DNA from: an uncultured Bacilli bacterium
GTDB lineage: Bacteria > Bacillota_I > Bacilli_A > RF39 > UBA660
NCBI GenBank assembly: GCA_934130405.1
Contig: CAKOXX010000001.1
Coordinates: 11,566 to 75,565, forward strand
Reading direction: 5' to 3'
Length of the DNA stretch: 64,000 nt
Part shown: piece by piece, positions 48,712 to 58,714 of the stretch
Position numbering within the stretch: position 1 is the stretch's first letter
How the letters are laid out: each line of letters begins with the position of its first letter
Program-made: the position numbers and the translations under genes
The notes under the pieces: model-generated
Seen by the model: the letters and a program-made list of their open reading frames with translations, nothing else
The model's database searches: none
What the model was told of the DNA's origin: nothing

Positions 48712-48794
48712 ACTAATCACCTACTTCCTATTTTTTATTATCAGTATTCTTGACATCTTAATAATATCATAATCTTTGAAATTTTACAATTAAT

Positions 48795-49226
48795 TTATCT
48801 TGATAAAGTTTCATTATAATTTTCTAAGAAAAAATAGTCTTGGTTTTTAAAGTCACAGATAAAATAATTATTATTTAAACTATTAAGTATCTTTAGAAAA
48901 AAAGAATTATAGTAATTAGTCTTTAATCTCATATAACTTCTCTTCACAATTAAAGACCCAATCTCATCATGACCTGGTTCGTTATAGTAATGCACCCCTT
49001 TTCTCTTACTATAAGGAATAGATTGATGATACTTAATAAAGATATGTTGGTCGATTTTCTCCTTATCAATCTTTTTAGTCAACTGATGAAATAAACTATA
49101 ACCATACTTAGCATTTTCTTCTCCTAAAAAATAAATTTGTTCTAATATCTGATACAGAATAGATGGCTTATCTTGATACAAACTTTTAAACTCATCCTTA
49201 ATCTCAAAAATAAAAAACTCTCTCAT
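48795..49226 (-). CDS. Hypothetical protein (weak resemblance to SirA/DUF2522)
   Basis: 143 aa. The overall pattern (FIFEIKDEF... ...FICDFKNQDYFFL) is reminiscent of Bacillus SirA, but this is only an impression. Confidence 0.35.
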   Translation of the reverse strand: MREFFIFEIKDEFKSLYQDKPSILYQILEQIYFLGEENAKYGYSLFHQLTKKIDKEKIDQHIFIKYHQSIPYSKRKGVHYYNEPGHDEIGSLIVKRSYMRLKTNYYNSFFLKILNSLNNNYFICDFKNQDYFFLENYNETLSR

Positions 49227-49275
49227 ATAATCACCACTGTAATCATATCAAGAGAGTCATAAGAACTTTGTCGAA

Positions 49276-51234
49276 TTATTTTAACAAAGCTTCTATCTTT
49301 AAAGAAATTTCTTCTTTCGTAAAACCATAGAAAGAATCAACTTCTTCTTTAGTTCCACTAGTACCAAATTTATCTAGTGTAAATAAATAACTATCTTTAT
49401 AAACAAAGGAATACCAAGAATAACTTGAACCTTTCTCAATAACAAACTTCTTCGCTCCAACTGGGAACAATTCTTCTTTTTCTTCTGCTGTTAATAAATT
49501 ATATCTTTCGATTGAAGGCATACTTATTACTCTTAAGTCATAGCCTTTTTCTTTAAGTAACTTCATAACACTTAAAGCAAGTGTCACTTCTTCCCCGGTA
49601 GCAATAATAATTCCGTCTAGTTTACGCTCTTCATTATGAACAATATAAGCTCCTTTACTAGTAGCAGAAATTGAAGTTGTTTCTAATATTTTAATCTTAT
49701 CTCTACCAAGTATTAAACAACTAGGTTTATTATTTTCAAAAATTGTTTTAAAAGAACCAATTACTTCGTTAGAATCAGCTGGACGAAATACTTCTAAATT
49801 AGGAGTTGCTCTTAAACTAACTAATTGTTCTACTGGTTGATGTGTTGGTCCGTCCTGACCGATAGAAATAGAGTCATGCGTAAAGATGTAAGTAACTGCT
49901 AGATTCATCAAAACTGAAAGACGAAGAGCTGGTTTTAAGTAATCACTAAAACTTAGAAAGGTTGAGACAAAAGGACGATAACCAGCAAGAGCTAGTCCAT
50001 TAGCAATCGCTGCCATTGCGTGTTCTCTAACACCAAAGTTAATATTTCTTCCCTTATAGTTATCCTTAGAAAATGGTGATAACTCATTTAAATACATTTT
50101 AGTAGAAGATGAAACATCAGCATTTCCTCCAATAATTAATGGACTAATAGTGGCATAAGAATTAAGGACTTTCTTAGCACTAATTCTTAGTAATTCTTCA
50201 TTATCATCAGGTTTATTATAATCAAGTGAGGTAAGTTTAATAGATTTATCTTTATCCATCAACTTATTCAAAAGACTAACTTCATCACTTTCTAAAGTTT
50301 CTAATTTAGTATCAAAATCTACTGTTAAGTCTTTATTTCTTTCCTTAATATAATTTCTAAACTCTTCTACTGCTTCATTACTAATCGTAAAAGGAATATC
50401 ACGAACACCAAGACTAGTTTTAATCTTCGAAATTTCTTCTTCACCTAAAGGACCAGAATGAACTTTATTACTACCTGCTAGCAGTGAACCTTTACCAATC
50501 GTTGTTATAACTTCAATAAGAGTTGGTTTATCGGCAGACTTCGCTTTAATAAGAGCATTATTAATATCTTCTACACTATCAGATGTAAATAATACATTCC
50601 AGTTCATACTTTCAAATCTAGCAGCAATATCTTCATCAAAAACATTTTCCGTTTTACCATCTAAAGTTACTTTATTAGAGTCATATAACACAATTAAATT
50701 ATTAAGTTTTAAACTACCCGCAAGAGAAGCTGCTTCATAGCTAACGCCTTCCATTAAGTCCCCATCACCACATAAACAATAAATATTATAATCAATTACT
50801 TTCTCTTTATTATTAATTAAAGAAGCGGTATGTTTTTCAGCAATGGCACACCCAACTGCTGTTGCAAAACCTTGTCCTAAAGGACCAGTCGTCATCTCTA
50901 CTCCTGGTGTTTTCATATATTCAGGATGACCTGGTGTCTTTGAATTAAGTCTTCTAAAAGATCTTAAATCATCAAGAGATATATCATAACCAGCAAAGTA
51001 TAATACTGAATACAAAAGACTTGAACCATGCCCTGCACTCATAATAAATCTATCTCTATTGTAAAAGTCTGGAACTTCTGGAGCAAATCTTAAATGTTCT
51101 AAAAACAAAGTATAAAGTATAGGAGCAGCTCCTAAAACAATACCTGGATGACCACTTCCTGCTTCTTCAATCATATCAAGACCAAGTGACTTTATCTCTC
51201 CGATTATTTTCTCTTCTAATTTCTTTGGTAACAT
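49276..51234 (-). CDS. tkt: Transketolase
   Basis: GSGHPG, CGDGDLMEG, and the ThDP/pyrimidine-binding domains; 652 aa. Confidence 0.95.
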   Translation of the reverse strand: MLPKKLEEKIIGEIKSLGLDMIEEAGSGHPGIVLGAAPILYTLFLEHLRFAPEVPDFYNRDRFIMSAGHGSSLLYSVLYFAGYDISLDDLRSFRRLNSKTPGHPEYMKTPGVEMTTGPLGQGFATAVGCAIAEKHTASLINNKEKVIDYNIYCLCGDGDLMEGVSYEAASLAGSLKLNNLIVLYDSNKVTLDGKTENVFDEDIAARFESMNWNVLFTSDSVEDINNALIKAKSADKPTLIEVITTIGKGSLLAGSNKVHSGPLGEEEISKIKTSLGVRDIPFTISNEAVEEFRNYIKERNKDLTVDFDTKLETLESDEVSLLNKLMDKDKSIKLTSLDYNKPDDNEELLRISAKKVLNSYATISPLIIGGNADVSSSTKMYLNELSPFSKDNYKGRNINFGVREHAMAAIANGLALAGYRPFVSTFLSFSDYLKPALRLSVLMNLAVTYIFTHDSISIGQDGPTHQPVEQLVSLRATPNLEVFRPADSNEVIGSFKTIFENNKPSCLILGRDKIKILETTSISATSKGAYIVHNEERKLDGIIIATGEEVTLALSVMKLLKEKGYDLRVISMPSIERYNLLTAEEKEELFPVGAKKFVIEKGSSYSWYSFVYKDSYLFTLDKFGTSGTKEEVDSFYGFTKEEISLKIEALLK

Positions 51235-51236
51235 TA

Positions 51237-51974
51237 CTATTCATCCTTCTTTCCTTTAAGTAAGCCTAAGAGAAGATGTTTTTTCTCTCTAGACATTTTT
51301 TCTAAATACTTGCCATTATCAAATTTGATAATATCTTTTTTAAAATCAACTGATGTTACTCTATCTAGATTAATTATACAATTTCTATATACTTGAAAAA
51401 ATCTATTATCTAACTGTTCTTTTATCTGAATTAAACTAAGCGGAACAGTATATTCGCCGTGAGAGGCATAAACCGTTGATGTTTTACTATCAGGGTCTCT
51501 TATGATGTAATAAATATGTTTAAGTTCAATTCTTGAGTAAACACGGTTCCGTTGATAAGTTAAACATCTATCCTTTCCACGATAACTTTTTAATACTATG
51601 TCTAAAACTTCATCCATCTTTTTAGTGCAACTATCGAGCTTATTAATAAAGTCTAAAACAAATAAGCGATTAGTAATTATTTCATAGCGATATTCACTAA
51701 AAGACGAAACTATTATGATGATAGAATTCCAATCTTCAATCATTTCTCTTATAAATCTAGCAGCATCTATTCCTGAACCATAGTTAGTTTTGATATCTAG
51801 AAAGTAGACTTTAAAGCCAATTTCTTTACCTGCTAATTTTTCAAAATCTTGATTATATCCCGCAAAAGTGTAAATCTTATACTCCATATCAGTTCTCATC
51901 ATATAGTTATCAATTTGATTTTTCATTCCTTGTCTAAAAAACTGATCATCATCACATATAATAAAATTTAACAT
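51237..51974 (-). CDS. LytTR-family response regulator (no adjacent histidine kinase)
   Basis: Receiver domain (ICDDD...FLDI) plus a C-terminal LytTR domain (...IYYIIRD...FFQVYRNCIINLDRV). Confidence 0.8.
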   Translation of the reverse strand: MLNFIICDDDQFFRQGMKNQIDNYMMRTDMEYKIYTFAGYNQDFEKLAGKEIGFKVYFLDIKTNYGSGIDAARFIREMIEDWNSIIIIVSSFSEYRYEIITNRLFVLDFINKLDSCTKKMDEVLDIVLKSYRGKDRCLTYQRNRVYSRIELKHIYYIIRDPDSKTSTVYASHGEYTVPLSLIQIKEQLDNRFFQVYRNCIINLDRVTSVDFKKDIIKFDNGKYLEKMSREKKHLLLGLLKGKKDE

Positions 51975-52043
51975 AGTGCCCCCTCCTATAGATTATTCTA
52001 ACACACTTGAAAAGGCAAAGTCTATATGCTCCAAAACCAGCAG

Positions 52044-53219
52044 TTATTTATATAAAATATCTAAATCTGTTAAGTTATTTATTCCATCTACTACTCCTCT
52101 ATCAGTCTTCTGCCAGATATTATATTCCTTCTGATAAGTAGTATTATTAGTATAATGTGCTAACCAAACAGGATAAGTATTATTAGTAAAAACATTTTCT
52201 AAATAGTATTTACTACCATAAAGCATTCCTTGATAACCTTCTTTCTCTACTGTTTCTAAGAAAGTATCAGCTATTTCTCCTAAATGGTAAAATGATAAGT
52301 TAAATTCTTGATAGAAAGAGAAGTTTTCCCAGTCAAAGACGATTGGCAGTTTAATGTCATAACCTTTAAGTTCTTTTAAAACCCAAAGAGCTTCCTTCTT
52401 CGCATCTTTTTTATCTTTAGCATAAGAATAGAAGTAAACGCCGGTCTTAATTCCTACTTTATTAAAGCCTTCAATATTTTCTTTAAACTTAGGGTCTAAG
52501 ACAAAGTCTTTATCAATTCCTTTTCTAGTACCAATTCTAATAAAAACGAACTCAACTCCAGCTTCTTTAACTTTTTCATAATCAATATCTTGTTGCCATT
52601 TAGAAACATCTATCCCAATTAAGGTATTAGCAGTTTTATTTTCTTGATAAAAATCTTTAAAAGCTATTTTTTCTTTCTCGCTACTAGGCACTTGGTAATC
52701 TTTCTTTTCTCTTACAGAGATGGTAAAGTCCTTTCTAGTAACATTTCCACTAGAATCAAGGGCTTCGTAAACTAACGGATAATCACCAACCGTATTAAAG
52801 TCATAATTACCAACTACTTGACAAGTCGGTTTATCATCATAGTTATCACCACAAAATACTTCTTTAGCAAAGTCTTCATCAGAACCTAAATCAACATAGT
52901 ATAAACTACTAAGGGAAATGACAGGAGGAATATCATCTACTACTTCATAAGTAAAAGTATAACTAGCAAGACGATTATCATCATTTTTATAAGTAAGAGT
53001 ATACTCATTCTTTCCGACCTTCTTGGTATTTAACTTTTCATTTTTATAAGTACCATTAATTGATTTAATAATATCATCTAGACTAGTATCACTATAAACT
53101 TGAAAAGTTAAGTCATCTGTTAAACTGACACTTACTGTTACTTCTCTTGTATTTAAATAGATAATACTTGCTATTAATAAACTAATAACTAGAAAGATAG
53201 CTAGTAAAGATTTTTTCAT
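52044..53219 (-). CDS. Membrane-anchored GH25 muramidase (lysozyme)
   Basis: N-terminal TM segment. GIDVSKWQQDIDYEKVKEAGVEFVFIRIG is typical of GH25. The start overlaps the mutS stop (ATGA). Confidence 0.8.
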   Translation of the reverse strand: MKKSLLAIFLVISLLIASIIYLNTREVTVSVSLTDDLTFQVYSDTSLDDIIKSINGTYKNEKLNTKKVGKNEYTLTYKNDDNRLASYTFTYEVVDDIPPVISLSSLYYVDLGSDEDFAKEVFCGDNYDDKPTCQVVGNYDFNTVGDYPLVYEALDSSGNVTRKDFTISVREKKDYQVPSSEKEKIAFKDFYQENKTANTLIGIDVSKWQQDIDYEKVKEAGVEFVFIRIGTRKGIDKDFVLDPKFKENIEGFNKVGIKTGVYFYSYAKDKKDAKKEALWVLKELKGYDIKLPIVFDWENFSFYQEFNLSFYHLGEIADTFLETVEKEGYQGMLYGSKYYLENVFTNNTYPVWLAHYTNNTTYQKEYNIWQKTDRGVVDGINNLTDLDILYK

Positions 53220-55777
53220 TCGTCTTTCTTCATCTCCTCTTTCAAACGATATAAAAAGTTTAAAGCGTCCATTGGACTCATTTCTAAAGGGTTAATTTCT
53301 TTAATTTTCTCAAGATACTTATTTTCTTTTTCTTCTTGCTCTTCTACTTCTTGGTCAAACAAGCTAGTCTGTGTATAAATAGTTTCTCTTTTTTCTTGAT
53401 TTTCATACACATTTAAGATTTCTTCTGCTCTTTTAATTAAAGATTTAGGTAAATCAGCTAAACTAGCAACATTAATACCATAACTCTTATCAACAGAACC
53501 ATTTTTAATCTTATGAAGAAATGTTAGTTTTCCATCTTCTTCGACAGCTGAAACGTGAACATTCTTTAGATGAGCTAAACTACTTGCAAGTTCTGTTAAT
53601 TCGTGATAGTGCGTAGAAAATAAAGTCTTAGCACCAATATTATCATGAATATATTCTAATATCGCTTGTGCCAAACTCATTCCATCATAAGTAGCAGTAC
53701 CACGACCTAACTCATCAAATAAAATTAAACTATTCTTAGTTGCACGTGATATCGCTAAGTTAGCTTCTTTCATTTCCACCATAAAGGTACTTTCACCACT
53801 AACTAAATCATCACTTGCTCCTATTCTTGTAAATATCTTATCAAAAACAGGAATAGTACAACTCTTAGCTGGTACAAAAGAACCTATCTGGGCCATAATA
53901 ACAGTAATAGCAAGTTGACGCATATAAGTAGATTTACCAGCCATATTTGGTCCAGTAATAAGTAAAATAGACGTATCTTTATCCATTATTATATCATTAG
54001 CAACATACTTTTCATTCTTCTTAGCCATTACTTCTTCTACTACCGGATGACGACTTTCAATTATCTTTACTTCATTCTTATCATTTAAGACTGGTTTTAC
54101 AAAGTGATAATTATCTGCTACAAAAGAAAGTGCTGATAACATATCAATCTCTGCTAGAATATTAGCACATTTCTGTAACGGTAAAATATATCTTTTAACA
54201 ACTTCTCTAATTTGCATAAACAGTTGATATTCTAAGTTAATTATCTTCTCTTCTGCTCCTAGAATAATACTTTCTTTTTCTTTTAATTCCTTAGTAGTAA
54301 ATCTTTCACAATTAGATAGAGTCTGTCTTCTATCATACCCAAACTCTTCTTTTACTAAATCACATTGTCCTTTACTAATTTCAATATAATAACCAAAGAC
54401 TTTGTTATAACCAACCTTTAAGTTCTTAATACCAGTTCTTTCTTTTTCTTTCTGTTCTAGTTCTAATAAGAAGTCTTTACTACCACTTGATAAGTCTCTT
54501 AACTCATCTAGTTCTTCATTATAACCTTTCTTGATTAAGTTTCCTTCTTTTAGAGAAATCGGTGGTTCTTCATTCAAACTATTATCAAATAAAGATACTA
54601 AATCATCAAAAGTTTCTATTTTTTTATCATATTTTATTTCTTCTAGTATTTTCTTAATAGTAGGTAGAGCTTTCAAACTAGAATTTAATTGTAATAAGTC
54701 TCTCGCATTTAAGTTACCATAACAAACTCTGCCGATAAGTCTTTCAATGTCATAGACTTGATTTAAGCTTTTCTTTAAGTCATCTCTTAAGATAAACTCC
54801 GTTTGTAATACTTCGATATAATGATAACGACGTTCTAGTTCTTTTCTATCTATTAAAGGAAACTCTAAGTTCTTTCTAAGTAATCTACTTCCCATTGCTG
54901 TTTGATTTTTATCAAGTAACCATAACAAACTATAAGTCTTTTCTCTAAGTCTAAGTGTTTCTGTTAACTCAAGATTACGTTTAGTATGTTCATCTAGTAA
55001 TAAATGTGCATTAATTAGTTCCACTTTTGCAGCTTGTAAATGCGATAAATCACCTTTTTTAGTATTAACAGTATAAGCAAGTAAGTGTTTAATTCCTCTT
55101 TCTTTTCGTAAGTCATTTAGCTCTTTATAAATATAACTATACTGTTCATCATCATTATAATCATTATAAATCGTAACATTTAACTGATAAGTCTTACGAA
55201 GAGTATTAATAAAGTTACGGTCAATTTCATCACTGACAATTATCTCCTCAAAACCATGACGAATAATCTCTTGTAATAATTCTTGTAAACTATCATCTAG
55301 AATTGTGACATAAACTTCTCCCGTAGAAATATCAGCATAACTTAATGCATACGAGTTGGCGGTATAAGTAACCGATGCTAAAAAGTTATTCTTAGTGTCA
55401 TCAATCGAACCATCTAGTCTTGTTCCACTAGTAACGATTTGAATTACTTCCCTCTTAACCATTTCTTTAGTAAGTTTAGGGTCTTCAACTTGCTCAACGA
55501 TTGCTACTTTATATCCCATTTCTACTAATTTATCTAAATATGCTTCATAAGCTTTAAAAGGAATACCACACATTGGTACTTTTTCTTCTAAACCAGCTTG
55601 CTTCCCTGTTAAAGTTAATTCTAATATCTTAGATGCCACAATAGCATCATCAAAGAACATTTCATAAAAGTCTCCTAAGCGAAAAAAAATAATCGCATCT
55701 GGATTTTCGTCTTTTATCTTCATCCACTGTAACATAACAGGGCTTAATTTAGTTCTATCTACTTCGTTTCTTAACAT
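53216..55777 (-). CDS. mutS: DNA mismatch repair protein MutS
   Basis: TPVMLQW-like N-terminus (SPVMLQWMKIK), Walker A TGPNMAGKST, and STFMVEM. Confidence 0.95.
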   Translation of the reverse strand: MLRNEVDRTKLSPVMLQWMKIKDENPDAIIFFRLGDFYEMFFDDAIVASKILELTLTGKQAGLEEKVPMCGIPFKAYEAYLDKLVEMGYKVAIVEQVEDPKLTKEMVKREVIQIVTSGTRLDGSIDDTKNNFLASVTYTANSYALSYADISTGEVYVTILDDSLQELLQEIIRHGFEEIIVSDEIDRNFINTLRKTYQLNVTIYNDYNDDEQYSYIYKELNDLRKERGIKHLLAYTVNTKKGDLSHLQAAKVELINAHLLLDEHTKRNLELTETLRLREKTYSLLWLLDKNQTAMGSRLLRKNLEFPLIDRKELERRYHYIEVLQTEFILRDDLKKSLNQVYDIERLIGRVCYGNLNARDLLQLNSSLKALPTIKKILEEIKYDKKIETFDDLVSLFDNSLNEEPPISLKEGNLIKKGYNEELDELRDLSSGSKDFLLELEQKEKERTGIKNLKVGYNKVFGYYIEISKGQCDLVKEEFGYDRRQTLSNCERFTTKELKEKESIILGAEEKIINLEYQLFMQIREVVKRYILPLQKCANILAEIDMLSALSFVADNYHFVKPVLNDKNEVKIIESRHPVVEEVMAKKNEKYVANDIIMDKDTSILLITGPNMAGKSTYMRQLAITVIMAQIGSFVPAKSCTIPVFDKIFTRIGASDDLVSGESTFMVEMKEANLAISRATKNSLILFDELGRGTATYDGMSLAQAILEYIHDNIGAKTLFSTHYHELTELASSLAHLKNVHVSAVEEDGKLTFLHKIKNGSVDKSYGINVASLADLPKSLIKRAEEILNVYENQEKRETIYTQTSLFDQEVEEQEEKENKYLEKIKEINPLEMSPMDALNFLYRLKEEMKKDE

Positions 55778-55871
55778 AAATTCACTTCCAATTTCTATTA
55801 CCTATTATAGCTAAGTTTTTGTTTTGAAACAAGAAATTTCGTGATAAAATAAGTACCGGGAGGTATTATCT

Positions 55872-57098
55872 ATGAATAGAGAACCATTAGCAAAAAAATT
55901 AGAACCAAAGTCTTTAGATGATGTTTTAGGACAAAAGCATTTAATTGGAAAAGGTGCTATTTTAAGGAATTTAGTGGAAAAGAAGAAATTAGTTTCAATG
56001 ATTTTGTATGGAAAACCAGGTATTGGAAAGACTTCTATTGCTAAAGCAATTGTTAATGATTTAGATATGCCCTATCGTTTTTTAAATGCAACTATTAATA
56101 ATAAGAAAGATTTTGATATGGTTGTAGAAGAAGCAAAGATTTATAACGGAATGATTTTAATTATGGATGAAATTCACCGTCTTAATAAAGATAAGCAAGA
56201 CCTACTTCTTCCGCAATTAGAAAGTGGTTTAATAACACTTATCGGTATGACAACTTCTAATCCTTATCATGCTATTAATCCGGCTATTAGAAGTAGATGT
56301 CAATTATTTGAACTTAAAGAGTTAGAAACAACTGATATTATTGAAGGTTTAAATAACGCAGTTAAGTCTAGTTATCTTGAAGGAATTAAGATTGATGATG
56401 ATACTATATCTTATATTGCTAATCTAGCAGGAAGTGATCTTCGTTATGCTTATAATTTATTAGAAATTGCGTTCTTTGCTAGTAATAACCAAAGGGTTGA
56501 TATTAAACTAGTTAAACAAATCAATTCTAAACCAGTCTTTTTTAGTGATAAAAATGGTGATGGGCACTATGACGTTTTATCGGCTTTTCAAAAGTCCATC
56601 AGAGGAAGTGATGTTGATGCTAGTTTATATTACTTAGCAAGACTTATCGTAGAAGAAGACTTAGATAGTATTTACAGGAGAATGAGTGTTATCGCTTATG
56701 AAGATATCGGTCTTGCTAATCCTAGTATTGGTCCAAGAGTAATGGCAGCAATAGCAGCAGCTGAGAGAATCGGTTTACCGGAAGCAAGAATTCCGCTTGG
56801 AACTATTGTTGTAGAAATGGCTTTATCGCCTAAGAGCAACAGTGCACATTTGGCACTTGATGAAGCAATTAACGATATAAGAAGCGGCAACACTGGGAAT
56901 GTACCTAATAATATAAAAACTGATTCTAAGGACTATTTATATCCACACGATTATCCTGGGGCTTATGTTTATCAAGAGTATTTACCAAAGAAGCTTAAAG
57001 GGAAAAAATATTATCACCCTAAAACGATTGGATATGAAAAAAATATCAAGAGTTATTATGACTTTATCGAAAATATGAAAAAGAAGGCTAATCACTAG
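55872..57098 (+). CDS. rarA: Replication-associated recombination protein A
   Basis: GKPGIGKTS Walker A, MDEIHR, and a MgsA C-terminal domain (HYDVLSAFQKSIRGSD). Confidence 0.9.
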   Translation: MNREPLAKKLEPKSLDDVLGQKHLIGKGAILRNLVEKKKLVSMILYGKPGIGKTSIAKAIVNDLDMPYRFLNATINNKKDFDMVVEEAKIYNGMILIMDEIHRLNKDKQDLLLPQLESGLITLIGMTTSNPYHAINPAIRSRCQLFELKELETTDIIEGLNNAVKSSYLEGIKIDDDTISYIANLAGSDLRYAYNLLEIAFFASNNQRVDIKLVKQINSKPVFFSDKNGDGHYDVLSAFQKSIRGSDVDASLYYLARLIVEEDLDSIYRRMSVIAYEDIGLANPSIGPRVMAAIAAAERIGLPEARIPLGTIVVEMALSPKSNSAHLALDEAINDIRSGNTGNVPNNIKTDSKDYLYPHDYPGAYVYQEYLPKKLKGKKYYHPKTIGYEKNIKSYYDFIENMKKKANH

Positions 57099-57111
57099 TC
57101 TTCTTTATTTA

Positions 57112-58623
57112 TTATTCTGCTAAAATGAATGGATCAGTTGATGAACCTGTTCCAGAGGTTATATTTATTGTTGACTTTAGATAGACGACTGGACGTTCCT
57201 CAAGAGCAGCATAGGCATAAGTATTGTGAACAGCTCCATAAGCATAAACATCGAAAACATAAGCAGAATCAGTAGCAAACGAGCTCATTGTCCATTGTAT
57301 TTTTGATGATTTATAAAGCCAGTCATTATCTCTACAATTAATATAGCTACTATCATCCCAACTATATAATTCTACTGTCATACAACTCATTCTATTTGTA
57401 CTACTTCCGCCACTTGTTGCATATCCATAGTCACTTGGGTACATTAATCCTACTTTTCCTATCCAATTGGTACTGCGTCCACTATACACTGCTGTTCCTC
57501 TTTCATTTTTATAAAAATCTGATGTTGATAATCCATTTGTTGAACTAAAATAATCTGCAGGACTACCTAGATACCACTTTGCATCTCCTATCATTAGTTT
57601 TGCTGTATCTGTTAGACCAGTAGAAGTAAAATTACATGATGTTGTACCATTATATTGTCCATAGTAACAGGTCCCACTCTTTCTATTCCAATATAAACTA
57701 CCTCCATAAGTTTCACTTTCATGTCCTGGATTTAGTAAATAGTTTAGTCTTGCTTCTGGCCAGCTATTCTTTCCCCAATGATTTTCTGCTCCAGTTGATA
57801 AATCTTTATTATCCCATGAGTAAGCCCCTATTGATTCATTTCTTATTATCTTTAGTCTCTTTTCTTTTTTTCCTGTTCCATCATCGACATCAAATACTCC
57901 GATTATTCGCCATAATTCATCACTAAATTTAACATAATTATTTGGATTTGCTCCGATATAGCGATAATCAGTGGTTACTTCTAACTGTTCAGTTTCTTCA
58001 TGGGAAAATGTCCACATTTGATTTTTTTGATCATCCGTTGCTGTATTATAGTCTAAATCTTCTGGATTAGCATTTGCTACCAAAGTTTCTGTTGCTGGTG
58101 GATTACTTAATAATAAGAATACTGTTGTTCCACTTGGTAATGTTAAGTTAGAATTATTTAAGCCCATTGAGAAACCTATTTTAATTTGCTTGCCAGTTGC
58201 TCCCTTAATTTTTATCTTATAAGTTAATGTCTTTCCAGCTTCTACTGATACTCCTTCAACCGTTGGAATAGTTGGGCTATCAGATGTATAACCTATCTCA
58301 ATTGAACTATCTGATAGATTGTAGTAATAGATTGAATTTTTTACTGTTCTATCGCTTGTATTAGTTACTGTTAAAGTAATAGTATCATTATCTGTTGATG
58401 GTGTATAAGTAATTACGCCAGTTCCATTAATTGTTACGGAGTTACTTCCTATCGCTACTGTTCCATTTAAAGTACCTGTTACTACGCTATATTGCTGTAC
58501 TCCTTGAACAGTAAACCACGCATAAGAAAAGTATCCCATCAGCATTAAGCCACTTACTCCAAATAAAATAAACATATAACTTGTTGATATTTTTGTATCC
58601 AATAATTTCTTAAATATTTTCAT
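57112..58623 (-). CDS. SipW/TasA-type signal surface protein (503 aa)
   Basis: N-terminus ...LMLMGYFSYAWFTVQG...VVTGTLNGTV. C-terminus ERPVVYLKSTINITSGTGSSTDPFILAE. Paralog of the 495-aa and 619-aa proteins. Confidence 0.65.
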   Translation of the reverse strand: MKIFKKLLDTKISTSYMFILFGVSGLMLMGYFSYAWFTVQGVQQYSVVTGTLNGTVAIGSNSVTINGTGVITYTPSTDNDTITLTVTNTSDRTVKNSIYYYNLSDSSIEIGYTSDSPTIPTVEGVSVEAGKTLTYKIKIKGATGKQIKIGFSMGLNNSNLTLPSGTTVFLLLSNPPATETLVANANPEDLDYNTATDDQKNQMWTFSHEETEQLEVTTDYRYIGANPNNYVKFSDELWRIIGVFDVDDGTGKKEKRLKIIRNESIGAYSWDNKDLSTGAENHWGKNSWPEARLNYLLNPGHESETYGGSLYWNRKSGTCYYGQYNGTTSCNFTSTGLTDTAKLMIGDAKWYLGSPADYFSSTNGLSTSDFYKNERGTAVYSGRSTNWIGKVGLMYPSDYGYATSGGSSTNRMSCMTVELYSWDDSSYINCRDNDWLYKSSKIQWTMSSFATDSAYVFDVYAYGAVHNTYAYAALEERPVVYLKSTINITSGTGSSTDPFILAE

Positions 58624-58644
58624 AAACTACCTCTTTCTACGCAC

Positions 58645-58677
58645 AAAAAACAGAATAAGATTAGATTCCTATCCTGT
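58645..58677 (-). terminator. Leader terminator-like hairpin 3
   Basis: Minus strand ACAGGATAGG-aatctaat-CTTATTCTGT (two G-U pairs) followed by TTTTTTGTG. Confidence 0.5.
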
Positions 58678-58714
58678 TTTTTTTACACTATTAAAGAAAG
58701 TAGTTTTCTCTACC

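Larger units (their letters stand above)
48545..48789 (-). promoter_or_regulatory. Leader module copy 2 (promoter, uORF with G10, anti-SD, hairpin)
   Basis: TTGTAA (48789..48784), 17 nt, TATTAT (48766..48761, TG-extended). Anti-SD GACTTA+CTTTC (48643..48633) is complementary to GAAAG-gaa-TAAGTC (48561..48548) at the SD of the 619-aa gene. Confidence 0.55.
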
